A DNA stretch of 64,000 bases from Nitrospirales bacterium (GTDB lineage: Bacteria > Nitrospirota > Nitrospiria > Nitrospirales > UBA8639): assembly GCA_965203295.1 (NCBI GenBank), contig CBDBCZ010000011.1, positions 192,001 through 256,000 of the forward strand, given 5' to 3'. The notes below the pieces were generated by a model that had not been told where the DNA came from, searched no databases, and saw only the letters and a list, made by a program, of their open reading frames with translations. Below, piece by piece: positions 30,891 to 54,263 of the stretch. Position 1 is the stretch's first letter. The number at the start of each line of letters is the position of its first letter. The position numbers and the translations under genes were made by a program.

Positions 30891-33800
30891 TTATCTTGAT
30901 CCATAGTAGAATACTGTTATAAAACATGCAGCTAGGAGGATGGTGTACAGGAGGGCCACTTCCACTGAGGCCTGAGAGGAACTGTCATCCTGCATGGGGG
31001 AGAATGATCTCACCAGTGGCTAGTGTTGTTTTAGTTAACCAAGACAACAAAACAAAAAGTGTTTTAGCAGGAGATAAACGGATTTTGTTGCTTTACTAAA
31101 GCAAGGGTGGGAATATACTACAACAAAAAAACATCAATTACAACCAGTTCATAATGAGTTACGGTTTAAAGCGTTTTAGTATCCCTTGTTTCATTTCAGT
31201 TGACTAACTAAAACCACATTAATTATTTTATTAATACTAAATCTAGTCTAGTTATGTAAAGCCTACTAAAAACAAAACTGCTCACCACAATGACACGTGC
31301 CGAAATTCACAATTATTGCTTACTTGTGATACCATGAATGTTACAAAATCACTCCTATCTTGATTATCATCCAACGATGCAGTGACCACCAGGGTAGTGG
31401 CTGGTATCTCACAGTTTATCGCATCCCTACTCAAAGAAACAACAGTTGCCACAGCTTCAACAGTTTCATTTGTCTTAACGAGGATATGTTGCGGTAGAAC
31501 AGAATAACTGAAAGCAGTACTGTGTTTGCAGCTATTGTGATGTGTTGGCGTTACTTGAAGAGTAAAAGTTGCATCCTTTCCAAAGTTGGAGAGCAGCAAT
31601 GCAATATTTACTGTATCTCCAGGAAGCAGATCAATAATAACAAATTCATCAGCTGTAACAGAATTGAGAATAATTACATTACAAAGTGTCATACTATTTA
31701 AACGATTTTCTAGTGTACCTTTATAGCTAACATGGTACAGTATTCTTCCAAAATGGTTTCCCATACATAGCACTATATGATAATAGTTTTCTTACCTAAT
31801 CTTAGTTCCACGTCGGTTGGATGCAATCCAATAGCATTAATGCGAGACACTTGGTTTCCACTGTTATCAACTCCAATCACTTGTAGCTGAAATGCCATTT
31901 GAGGATATAAGAACTTCTCTGTAGCAAAGGTATCCCTCCCAGTAGAGATTAAATTCATTCTCAGTATGATTTTACCATCAAACTCTAGCAACATAGCCTG
32001 TGTGAGCACCATCCCTTCCGTGTTTCCTTGGGAATGAACTAAAAGGTACGTCGGTTTACCTATTTTGCAAAAAAAGAGAAATAACAATCAAGCTTCTACA
32101 ATGTCGTATAGTCAAGGGGATCACACTATGAAGTTCTCATACCCAGACAGTGCACATGTGGTGTTTTTTTTTTAACTGAAATTAAAAACAAAAAGTGTTT
32201 TAGTACGAGCAAAAAATTTAGTTAATTATTATAACTAAAACTTCAAGGGTGGGAGTAAACTACGAATATAATCAACCCAACTAGTAACTCTTTTTATTTT
32301 AGTTAAAACAAAATAAACTGGCTTTTTTTAAAATCTATTACTAGGTTGCATCATTTTGACATCAATCTATATAATTATATTTGATACTACAGATAAAGAC
32401 TAATAGTTATCTTTACCTGCTACTGGCTTGCTCATGATCCTAACAAAACCAAAAGGTGAGGTTGGATCAAATTGGTAGAGTGTGTAGGCAAAACTGAAAT
32501 CTGTGGCAGCAGAAATCTGAACTGAGTAAAGTCGTGATGAAGACACAGTTAGCTCCCATTCTCCATGGAGGTGACTGCTGTTGATAGTGGCAGTGTACAG
32601 TACAGAAGACTGCAGCGATTCTTTAGGCTCAAACACATCTCCTGTGTAAATGAATACAACGATTCATGTATACGTTAACAAGAATAGTTTGATGGTATTG
32701 AAATTCAAATGTACTGGACCAGGTACATCCCATATATCATAATATAATAATGTAGCACAGACATACTAACGTAGTCTAGCCCCATACATACTACTGGTTA
32801 CAACCACGGAGCTGTGAGCAGGGGTATGATGTTACAAAGCTTCTCCCCTAATCTCACAAGAGTGGGCTGGCCTGGGTAATAGGTGTAGGCCCTAACCTGT
32901 TTCAGCCAAAATTCAAACAATTTGGGTGTGTATACTTTTGTACATAATACTGAAGGACCATTCATTTACTAACCTCTTGGAGTCTTTACCATAGATGCGA
33001 CGGAATCCGAAGCACTATTTACTGAAATTGTCACTTCGCTAATTTTCTTATCAACAGGGAAAGTATAGGCAGAGGGAGACGTGGTGCTTGCAGCATAGAA
33101 TAGAATGGAGTTAGTACCTATAGCAGATAGCGTAGCTAGAGTTAGCACCGCTTTAATGTCACTGGGGTTAACACGAAGCACTTGCCCACCAGTGATACTA
33201 GCAATGCGGTCTATTTTAAGATCAGTTTCTCCACTAGACGTTGCAGTTGGTTGCTGTTCAGATTTGCATTTCTCGCAATCGCTCGGTGTTAAGATTGGGA
33301 AAATTTTTACACGCTTTACTGCAGCCAAGGCTTCTAGTACTGGGACCCGACTTGCATCGCTTGGAGGAGCTTCCGTAAAAAGGAATATGGGTGACGCTGG
33401 TTTGCTGGCCTGCACTGCATGGATCAGTGCTTCAACATACGGTCTCCGGCACTCTCCACCACCGATCACGAGCAGCTCTAGATCTCCAATGGCATGAGAG
33501 AATTTGTTTATGTCCCACGTAACAAATACTTCAGGTGGATCTGAAAAAGAAAGAGGCCATTGGCCAGTTGAACATGCTTTTTTATAGTGACTCTAAAATT
33601 TAACGAGGGGACAAAATTACCTACCTTGATTGTTGAAAGTAACGAGAATGAACTGGAACAATGTAGTCTGCTCAAATGATGCTATTATCTCCTTCACCCG
33701 AGTGACCGCAGCCTTTATTTCATTTTTTATTCCTAAACCAACTGTTGTGTCAATAACATACGTAATACTGACAACAGAAACTGGGTCTGAGTCGGGAATC

Positions 33801-34882
33801 TCGATATTCAGGAAAGCAGCAAACTTGGTATCATTCCCAACATCACTTCTGATACCACGAATGATCTGTACACTAGACTTGAGTGCAACTCTGGCAGCTT
33901 CTGCATGGAGATCAGCATGTGGAGACCAAGAAAATGCTTCCGAATCCTTGTTTATTCCGCCTGTTGCTGGCATGTCACTGGTTAGGTCAAGGTGTCCTCC
34001 ATGACTGCACTTTCCTTTGGGTTTTATGATTTCCTTTTTGGAAGTGTCTAATTGGCCAGGATAGTAACCGCTTGTCAGAAATTTTCTGTTCACACTCTTG
34101 ATAACATTGGTGGAGCTGTCACAGTCGTAAAAGTACGCAGCCCTCCTTGGTCCTTCTGGTATTTCTTCCGCCCTAGCGCAGTCGTTACAGGTGGCCATTT
34201 CTTGCGGAGCGATTGTCTCCGGTGGAATCTCTAACCCAGGGACACCCAAAATCAAATATGGTGCAGAGTTTCCCATTTCTATCCAGTTCGAATGGCTGTA
34301 GAAGTCTTGTAGCGTGTGTAACAATTGCCCCAAATAGAGTCTAGCCAGCAAATACCTAGAAGTCTTGATGCTTTCAACTGCCAACTTTCTCAGCGCAACA
34401 AGCCTCTTTTGTCCATCCTCAAACTGCTCTGAATCAAAATGGGCTGCAGCAATAGTACCCACAGGACCGAGGTCTACCTCAACATTTGCATGACTGATAG
34501 TACTTATCACAGATTCATACGAGAAGAGAAGGCGATTCACTTGACAGGGAAGGAAGCTGCAACTGCCCTCATTTATGTTGCAGTAGTATGCCCTTATAAG
34601 CTTTGAAGTGCTCAGATCGACCGACTCTATAAGGTCAATGACCTGTTCTGTGCTGTTGAGCTGGACATCTGGGTTTGGGTGATCCCGGAGCATTTCAGCA
34701 GTCACCTGAAGCACTGCCTCTTCCGTCATGGCCCAGTGGGTGACAGAAGGGGGTCGAGCAAACTCGACAGGCCGGACTCTTCTGAAGTCAAAGTCCAACG
34801 GAGAGTGAGGGAGGAATGCAGCTACGGTGTTCAGGTAGCAGCATGCTACCGCCAGCGACAGAAGTGGAGTCACACGGCCCAT
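30891..34882 (-). CDS. VWA7: VWA7-like protein (signal peptide, HetC-like region, VWA, C-terminal hydrophobic anchor), ~913 aa
   Basis: Exons 34882-33625, 33540-32974, 32641-32417, 32059-31796, 31652-31324, 30989-30891; motifs HFDSEQF, LHTLQDFYSHSNWIE, KCSHGG, GGINKD, YVIDTT. Confidence 0.88.
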
Positions 34883-35246
34883 CTCATGATGCACAGTCAG
34901 TGGCGTGGGGACGACTGACCTCTTCGGGGTAGTGCCTTTTCCAGTCTCGCGAGCCAGCCGATGCCTACTACGTACTCGATAAATAGTGGGTGTAGCTTGT
35001 AAACCATTAAAAACTAGCGCCTCCGCAGAGCTATAGAGAGCGCATGCGTAGAGATCGCGCCGCGCCCTCGCTGAGACTACATGTACTAAATAGCCATGTG
35101 CCAAAATGAAATGCATAAATACTAGTAAGTATAGGTGTTTCCACATAATCTTATCTATATGCTTAGTTGCATCTTTCTGAGTCATGATGCACACACAACT
35201 ACAGGTATGCGTGAACTGATGCTACAACTGATTTTGGTCTGTTCTG

Positions 35247-44715
<9,469 letters not shown>

Positions 44716-45186
44716 AATGTTTATCGAGTCACGGACCGTGCCACACTGTCGTACACTAGTAGATGCTAGCTAACCTGAGGATGTCGTCCTGAAATTGAAA
44801 GGAGCAACGCGATATACCGAACATCCGGTATTAAATTTGGACTCGCCGTCGGGGCGACAAAAATCACCAGCCGGAGCGCGCGCAGCGCGCGAACGGCTGG
44901 TACTTAGATTGCTTTACGTTTTCAGCGTCTGTTTGTGCGTCCGCACTTATCACGTGCGCAATATAATACGTCATACGTTACTATGCAACTGCAGTTTATA
45001 GCAGCTTTTGGAGGTTTGCGGACCAAGCTACAGCAAGTAAAGGTAGTTTTGTGTTGCCTAGATGGCGAAAACCTGGTAGGCAGCCGTAAAGATCCTGTTT
45101 TGGTGGCGTATAGCTACTAACTGGAGGCGCATGACGAAACTACTGAGTCAGCACTTTCGCTGTACCGCTCTAGGAATATAGTTTAA

Positions 45187-45902
45187 GGTTACGGGATACT
45201 GACCCGCTTTGATTTAATAGTCTAGTGAGTGAACGATGAATATCTTTGCAACTATAGGCCCTATAGCCACGATCTTTTCAGCATTTATTCATGGCTACTA
45301 GTTGTGTACCCAGTACAGAAAGCTTGTCTGTGAGCCCCTCCCTTGTTTAGATAGCGGTAATGGAAGTTTCAGCTGTTCACAGTAATTTTTCTCGCCAAAA
45401 ATCGCTGAAGCCACTGCTGTTGCTAGGCCACTACAGCTCTCTAAGGATTCCTCACTATATTCAGGAGGGACTGACGGAGGCTTTTTTTTGTAGTTTCTCT
45501 CTGATACATGAGATATAGCCTCTTAAAGCTAAGAAGGTGGGGTCCAGAGCGCTCAGAGCCATACTTATCAACTTGCCATTCTGTTGATATAGATAATTGC
45601 TTCAAAAGCCTTCGTCAGTCCCTCGTGAATATAGTGAGGAATCCTTAGAGAGCTGTAGTGGCCTAGTAACAGCAGTGGCTTCAGCGATTTTTGGCGAGAA
45701 AAATTATTGTGAACAGCTGAAACTTCCATTACCGCTATCTAAACAAGGGAGGGGCTCACAGACAAGCTTTCTGTACCCAGTACACAACTAGTAGCCATGA
45801 ATAAATGCTGAAAAGATCGTGGCTATAGGGCCTATAGTTGCAAAGATATTCATTGTTCACTCATTAGACTATTAAATCAAAGCGGGTCAGTATCCCGTAA
45901 CC
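45187..45902. mobile_element. Kolobok-like long-TIR MITE nested in a HINE-like element
   Basis: ~300-bp TIRs, GG..CC ends, TTAA TSD (45183-45186 / 45903-45906). Confidence 0.8.
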
Positions 45903-47419
45903 TTAATAGCTTGGCCTAAGCTGAGTTGTGTGTTGTACGGGAAAGGCGTCCGGCTGTTTTTTTAGACATGAAATGTCAGACTTGTTACAGCTACGTTACT
46001 TCAGTACAACTAATGCGTCACTAGTCTATACTTCTAACTCGTGTGAGTTTATTAGACACTTAAAAATAATACTGAAAATAGCCAAAAGAGAGTAAAATTA
46101 AATTACATGTATTGTGCATGTAATTTTGGTAACAGTCTCCCGAACTAGCATAAGCTTATAGAAAAGTGCTGATTCAGGGAATGCTGGGGTGTCTTGCGCG
46201 TGCATGCACATTAGCCTACGGTTACTACGTTGTTATTGTATTCTATAGATGAGAGACTCTTAGTACATGTAGTCAAAACACCATGCACTTCAAGTTAAGG
46301 TCTAACTCCTATATATACTCTGACCTCTGCAATTCAGGCAGCTATAACTACTAACTTATTAAGTATAGCAACAAGCTACATATTTGCAATAGCTACTCAA
46401 AATTTACCTTATTTGCCAATCACCCATGCATTTATTTTTGTACAAACTGTCTATGATGTAATAATTGTTTTGACTACTTAGTGAATATCTGATCTGAGTA
46501 GCTATGTATCAGTAGGAGTTAGACCACAAAGTGGTGATTGTTATTCCTAACATTTCATACAAATTATTATGTACAAATTGTGAGTCTTTATCTACATGTA
46601 CATGGGACTCAGCATTCCAAATGGAGGAGGTCAGTCCAGGAACTAGAACCTTCAGTAGTTCTATATTTTTATTGTATACTTTCATGAGGTGAGAGACTCT
46701 TAGTACATAAATGTGTGCATATATGACATGTAGTCAAACACCACTTCAAGGTACATGTACACAAATTTCCCCCTAATGCCTTCATTCTAATAGAAATGGA
46801 CATAAAAAGCTCACAGCTATATATTCTGGCAAGCTAACTAAGGAAGGAGTATGCAATTATCCCTGGCCCCTTCCTTGTGGTTTCCATGCAAGGCCCGTTT
46901 ATTAATAAGTAGACTAAGTTCCTCAATTCTCTCCCACCCAGGGTCCGTTCCATGGGGAGTGCCATTTGCCTGACAGTTTTCTCTAGTCAACCTGAAAGTG
47001 AAATTACTGCATGCAGAGAAGATAACATCAATCCATGTTCTTAAGAGTTGTGTCGTTGGTGCCCCTGTCAATGGTGCATAATCATCGGCACATACTAGTT
47101 GAGCAAGTTTGACGAGGAGCCCGACATGCACTCAGATGTGCTGGCAGGTTGTGGCTTCTTTGCGACTTTGTCCTTGCACTTGCTGCCTGCATATGGCAGC
47201 TAACTTGCCTCACCTGCTGAAGCTACCTACATCCTAGAATTTCCGTTAAAGACAGTACATTAGCATCCACTTATTTTTAGGGTTTGGGTTAGGGTTGGGT
47301 TAGGGTTTGGGTAGGGGCTAGGAGGCTAACCGTTGGGTCTAGAGCTGGCTACATGCAGTGCTTCAGTTTCAAGCTAGTCACTAGTTCACGAGTGTGCATG
47401 CACGTGTATTCCCAATATT

Positions 47420-47903
47420 ATAGAGGGTGCTGTAGGTTTGAGAGAGGTGAGGGAGTCGGTGTCCCATTAAAGGAGCGAATGGTTGAGAGCTGTATTAAGG
47501 TGAAGGCCCCGTTGGTGGCAGAGGTGGCGCAAAGGGTGAGTTGGTCAAAGGTGTGGGATGCTTGCATGGACCTCGGGATTGGTTGCACGAGAGGTATACA
47601 GGTAAGGGTAATGTGCCATCACGGGCGTGGATCCAGGCCCTGCCCACTGTGTGACTGCTCCAGTGTGTCGCAGGACTCTCTGTTGGGCCACCTGCTGATG
47701 CAGCGTCGTGAATCTCTGGGATTGGCTCAAGCTTGCAGCGTGGAGGATGTGGTGTCTTCTGTGGCAGCCCTGCAGCTCATGAAGTTCATAAGATTCAAGA
47801 GCTTATTTCAGAACACTTTCCGTTAGTGTTACTACTGTATTATATTATTTGTTCGGCTATGGGCTCCTGGGGGGCGTGTCTAACTTGAACTTGAACTTGA
47901 ACT
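47420..47903 (+). mobile_element. 5'-truncated LINE 3' end
   Basis: C-terminal CPLC..H zinc-binding-like segment, stop at 47826, short UTR, (AACTTG)3 tandem tail at 47882-47903. Confidence 0.65.
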
Positions 47904-48339
47904 ATACAACCATACATGCTAAAGTATTGTCTCTAACGACTTGTCATCCTAGAGTATAGATGAGAGTACCTTAGCATTGACAGTGATTAGATGAATTTCA
48001 TACCTGTTTTGAGGCCATTCTTATCACCGCTGTCCGTCCAAACCTTTTCAAAACCGTGTTTCCACTCCTTGTTGCCATAGTTCAACGGCAGGTAGGCGTG
48101 TGTAACGACGCTAAAAGATCGCTAATTTTCTGTAAAGTACATTGTAAGCAGTTGTCGCGTGAAAGACCTATCGATTCTGCTTAGCATAGGAGTGATATAC
48201 GTTACAGTAGCTTTAGATCAGCTATCGCACAAACTTACGATTGTGAACCCTAATTGAAATGATGACGTCATGCCGCTTGGCTGCGCGGCCCGCGCGCCCG
48301 GCCGGCCGGCCCGTGGCCCAGTCGTGACGTAATTTTTTC

Positions 48340-49166
<827 letters not shown>

Positions 49167-49568
49167 AACAAGTAGTCGGAGGAGTAACCGAGAGGCTGCG
49201 ACAAAGTTGATGCCTATTTATCATCTTATTGCATGGGGAATTCCTGTTTTGGTGGCGTTTCCTTTGCTGTGTACTGGAAAACTCCCATTTGCACCTTTTG
49301 TAGGTGGACTTTGGTGTTATGTGACGGTTCATGGGAGTTTCCAACATGTAGAACCGTTCTCAGAGAAGCACATCGCAGTTGCTGTCTCTGTCAAGTTGCC
49401 AGAGTTCTTTGCCTTTGTTATAATCGTGCTACTCTACTCAGCAACAGTCATTAACATCCGCAGACAGGTAAGTTTTAATACTTTCAGGCTAGTTAATGTT
49501 CCATTGCGCATGCCTGCCTATACAGTCTATACTTACGGTGCAGAATTAGAGTGTATATATATAGCCAC

Positions 49569-49737
49569 CAATAGAGTGTTTACCATTATGATGTAATGTG
49601 GGTAGCAGGAGGCACTAAATTGAGGAAATACATGAAAACGTGCATGTTTTTAACATGAAAGCACATGTTTTCATGTAAATTTCCCATTCAATGCCTACCT
49701 TTACCCCCCATTACATCATAATGGTAAACAGTCTATT
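49569..49737. mobile_element. Fully palindromic MITE
   Basis: AATAGAGTGTTTACCATTATGATGTAATG...CATTACATCATAATGGTAAACAGTCTATT. Confidence 0.8.
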
Positions 49738-50025
49738 GCCGTTAAATTTTGTAGGCCTCATGTATTTCAATAACAGTTACCATTTCGCTGATTACTCACA
49801 CTTAAAGGCAAGATTTGCTGGGCCCATTTTGTCAATTAATTGGGAGAATGTGTGAATTGATGCACAGTTAAAATTTGGGCATGTATTTCATTCAGCCAAT
49901 TAAGAAACGGTACTATTATATCATTGTCCTGTAGTACATGTTACAGTAGCTGTGTGTAGATTACCAGATGATGGAAAGTATGTAGAGCCTTGTAGCCCTG
50001 AAAGCCATACTATCAAAAGGCAATA

Positions 50026-50201
50026 CAGTGGAACCCCTCCTAAAGGACACCCCTGAAATAAGGACACCTTTGTATAAAGGACACTTTGCTATGTCCCAAA
50101 TATGCTTTCATAATATAAATCTACCCCTGAAATGAGGACACCTCTCTATACAGGACACTTCACCAGGTCCCCAAGGTGTCCACAATAGAGGGGTTCCACT
50201 G
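50026..50201. mobile_element. CAGTGG-type MITE, complete (partial copy 42057-42215)
   Basis: TA-CAGTGGAACCCCTC...GAGGGGTTCCACTG-TA. Confidence 0.9.
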
Positions 50202-53200
50202 TATATCCATATTGTTTTGTTGTGCCCTCAAAGCAGCTAGGGCAATAACAGGCTCTTGCCCTGTGGCTTACCCAGAGCAGGGCAATAGCTTGTTATTGTC
50301 CTAGGTTGCCAGCTGCACACATGAAGGAAGCCCCTGCTTCACACAGACAGGAAGCTGTAGCAGTGGGGCTGTAATAGCGCACCTGTGCAATAGTGCCCTG
50401 GGCTTTGTCCTCTGGCCCTAATTAGTTATTGCACTAGCCACTATAAATTTCATTTCAACGTACATTACCATGGCAACCACTTTTCCCCACACTTATAACA
50501 CTCCAAGGAGGCCACATACATGCAGGGATCACTGCTATATATACCAATGTACATTAAAGGACAGTTTTGGTGAGTGGTTAAACTCCTCAGCTTCGCCTCG
50601 GACTTTAAACTCCCCTCACCCAAACTGATCTTCAACTAATACATATAGCCCTTGGTGGTGTGATTACATAACATTGTACATATATACAGTAATTGGTCCA
50701 TCCATGGTAATTATTGTTGTGTGGTATTGTGATGCTTGTGAAAATTCCCCTTTCTGAAGGAACATGGGGTGGTTAATATGCATCAAATGAACAACAACCA
50801 TAACATAAATTACCGTGGGTTGACAGTGTCCTTCAAGCTAGGCAAATATATTCCAGTTCGTTGTACTTGCCGGTTGCAGTTTACTATACTTTAAATTTTT
50901 CTAGATCTGAGATCTCTCTTTCTCTTCTCAAGATTATTTACTAGTCTATTACATTAAATTTGTCTAATGTAGTATCATTACTATAATGCATTACCTCTTT
51001 AATATGCAGGTCAAAAGCAGCAGTGATCCTAACGAGTCAAGTGGTTTTGTCAGAGTCAATAAAATTCTAACTCTCATCCCGATTCTCTTCATAATCCTGC
51101 GCATATGGAGTTTAGTACAGTACTTCTATACTATCTCCATTGCCAAGCGACACCCCAATGGCTGTGTCCCACATAGACTGAAAACAGGGTACCTTACTCT
51201 TGGAATATTGCAGGTGAAGTCTAACTCTACTTATATGGGAGAAGAAATATATTATGTATATACATGAGCCTAATGCATGTATTATTGCTATAGGTATACC
51301 CATGCAGATGTGTAGTAGTAAATTTCTCCATGGCAGTGAGAAAAAGAAGTGGGCAAGGAATAACTGGGAAAGTTATGCAACCAGCCACACACATGCATGC
51401 AGCGTGGCCAAATTTTTGACCATCATTGTTTTGTAACTTCTAATGAGAAATGTATGAGGTCCATCTTCTAAACAATAGACTGAGAACCATTCAACTTCAA
51501 GGCTATAGGAATCATTCCATGACCAATACCTTAAATAGAGTGAAGGATAGCTGTAGTCTGCATAGAAACACAGTAATGCTGGAACTAATAGCCGTATACA
51601 ATGGCTGAGAATAGGCACATATACTGTGACCATAAAACTCACAATGTTTTGTGGACGTTTCTTGTAACATGATGCTCTTTCACTTTGTGTGGACTATACA
51701 AGCCTATGTCTATTTACATAATGGCATTGTGTCTTCTCATACAGGCAATTGGAGGTGGTGGGCAAGGCTGGGTCAATGCAATTCTCTACATTTTTCTATC
51801 ATCCACTATCAGAACCCGCCTATTTAATCCACGGAGATATTTTACCAAGACCGTACAGGATACACCAAGCACAACATACTTCAGCCCTCCCATTAGTAGT
51901 AATTATAAAACATTTAGCTCTTCTGGTTTGCTATAGAAGAGTCATGTTCACTATATTTTGTTATATCATTCGCTTTACTCAGATGGCATACGTGTATAGT
52001 CATCATGTGAAGATTTTTGTTGTTTGAGAAGTAGAATCACGCTAACCCTCCCTGATCCTATAGCCTCGTTCCCAGCCCACAATCAGAGCTAAGGATCACT
52101 TATATACAGTATCCCCCTTGATATAAAGAGTTCAAATTTCACAGCTAATTTCTAAACCAACATTAATCTCAGGGTCTGTAGCTACCTATAATGGTAGTTC
52201 GTATAGGTATATAATATGACTCAAAAATTGAACACATCACATGTGTACCAGCTATACGTATACAAATCTTTACACACTGACTAACAGTTTCATCAGCTGA
52301 CTAGTCTGCAGCTGTGCATTGTCTGACCAGCACCACCAGCCTGGGCTCTCTGATAGAGCGGATTAAGCGTTCACGGGTTTCAGAATCTGGGAACCGGGCG
52401 GTACACATCTCCACCAGGAGGACTCTGAAGCTGAAGATGCTGGATTATTGCTGGGCTTGCCCTCTGGAGCAGCATACACGGCGTTACCAGGACCAGCCAT
52501 TCTCAGCTGTTGGAGGAAGTTGACTGAGCCATATTCCAACTGTTGTCAGGGTCGTGATCCCCGCAGAACATTGGCACTACTCACATTGCGATGAAGAGGA
52601 GTAAGTTGGGATGACGAATTGGCTGTTCACGTTAATATTTCTGATGAATGGTCTGACTATATAGAGACATTTGGCAGCAACCTGGGGCCCCCTAACTTTT
52701 GCAACTTTCACCTCTTCCCAAACTCTAATTATAAGTCATGCAAACATTGCTAGCTATAGTTACATTGATCAGTGTGAGCCTGTTTCTACTGGACAAATCC
52801 TTACAGTGTGGGTGAGAAAGTTGGCCTACACAAGCCAGTGACCTGCTGCACATGCAAGCCAGTGATATTCCTACTGATGGAGGCCATGCTACATAGAACT
52901 TTAAAAAGTAATAGCACGCACATGTTGTTTGCCAAACTTTTCTTATTATGTTCATTAACAATAATGATTGTAGATAATAATTATATTATCTACATACATG
53001 TCACAATACAATACACGTATACACTTGTAGATCTTGTTTCGCCGAACTTTTCAGATATTTGTAAACCTTGGTATTATTATCATAACACAATGCATTGTAT
53101 AACTGTGATAAAGTCTTTTATTTTCAATCTCGATATTCACCAGAGTACAAGGTGTGCTGACACAAAGTTGTATATACACTGTACAACAGTTGTAATAAAG

Positions 53201-53502
53201 ATACAAAATATACATATTGTGACGCCCAAAAAAAACAGCAGACATGCAGCTAAAGGGTTATGACATCAGCAGAGTACGGATAGCTATAAGACCTTATTTG
53301 ATTGGAAGCCTGATTATCAAAGCCACCAGCTATATTAAAAGTGTTTGCTAGAGTTTAAGGTCTATGTTCTGGTGTTACTGACAGTGACAAACACGAGATA
53401 TCCCACTGGTAAGGCCAAGTGATTCTTTGCCTGTATAAATTATAGATCAATCTAATTAAGTTATTTGGAGAGCAAAATGCCATACCCAGTAGCCATTACT
53501 TC

Positions 53503-53637
<135 letters not shown>

Positions 53638-54263
53638 GGTTATGGAGTGGATTGTGTGAATTGTCCTATTGACTTGTGGCCATGGGTTGTTGTTTGAGTT
53701 TCAACACATCACAAGCATGGATTGCTGTGGGTCAAAGTAGCCTCGACCCCAGGCCTTCCACACAGATTTTTTTTGCAGCCGTAGCAAAAATCGCTCACCT
53801 CAAACCCAGGCTTCCACGCAGATTTTTTTTGCAGCCAGCGATTCTTGCCATGGCTGCAAAAAATCTGCGTGGAAGGCCTGGGTTCAAGGCTATGTCAAAG
53901 AGTGTGAAAGCATTTACCAATACAGATGATTAAAGTGGATCACTAAGGTGAATCTATGTAGAGGTAGGCAGAGGAAGACTCAGAGGAAAGTAGCTAATGT
54001 TGCCTCAGTTATCTAGCTATGTAGGTGAAACTCAAACAATAACCCACTAGTCAATATGGCACTTACACGGCGTTCCATGACACATACATGTATAAATAAT
54101 ATTATGTAGCTAGCTATGTCTAGTAATTATGCCTGATTGGCTAAAACAAATCCAGCCCCTCCATTGAACAACAGGAGAGGGCTTCGGTCTTGAAGCTGGG
54201 CTAGAGGTAGAACGTCAGCATGTGCGTGCTTTACACAAGACACTCCCATTCCTACGCACAGTC

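Larger units (their letters stand above)
49167..51936 (+). pseudogene. GPR157-like / cAMP-receptor-like GPCR, TM4-TM7 only
   Basis: Exons ~49167-49467, 51010-51213, 51745-51936; YHLIAWGIP, LWCYV, LTLIPILFIILRIWS, QGWVNAILY; 5' half not found. Confidence 0.75.

Noticed and set aside
34883..35194. N-terminal ~104 aa of the 525-aa ORF
   Set aside because: Signal peptide begins at the Met at 34882; the upstream part crosses a MITE-like element
47277..47317. Telomere or telomere-targeted insertion
   Set aside because: Only a few degenerate TTAGGG/TTTGGG units, not at an element junction
46838..48078. Minus-strand gene (MATRSGNTVLK...Q|GT plus ORF 46838-47131)
   Set aside because: No recognisable domain and no consistent exon chain
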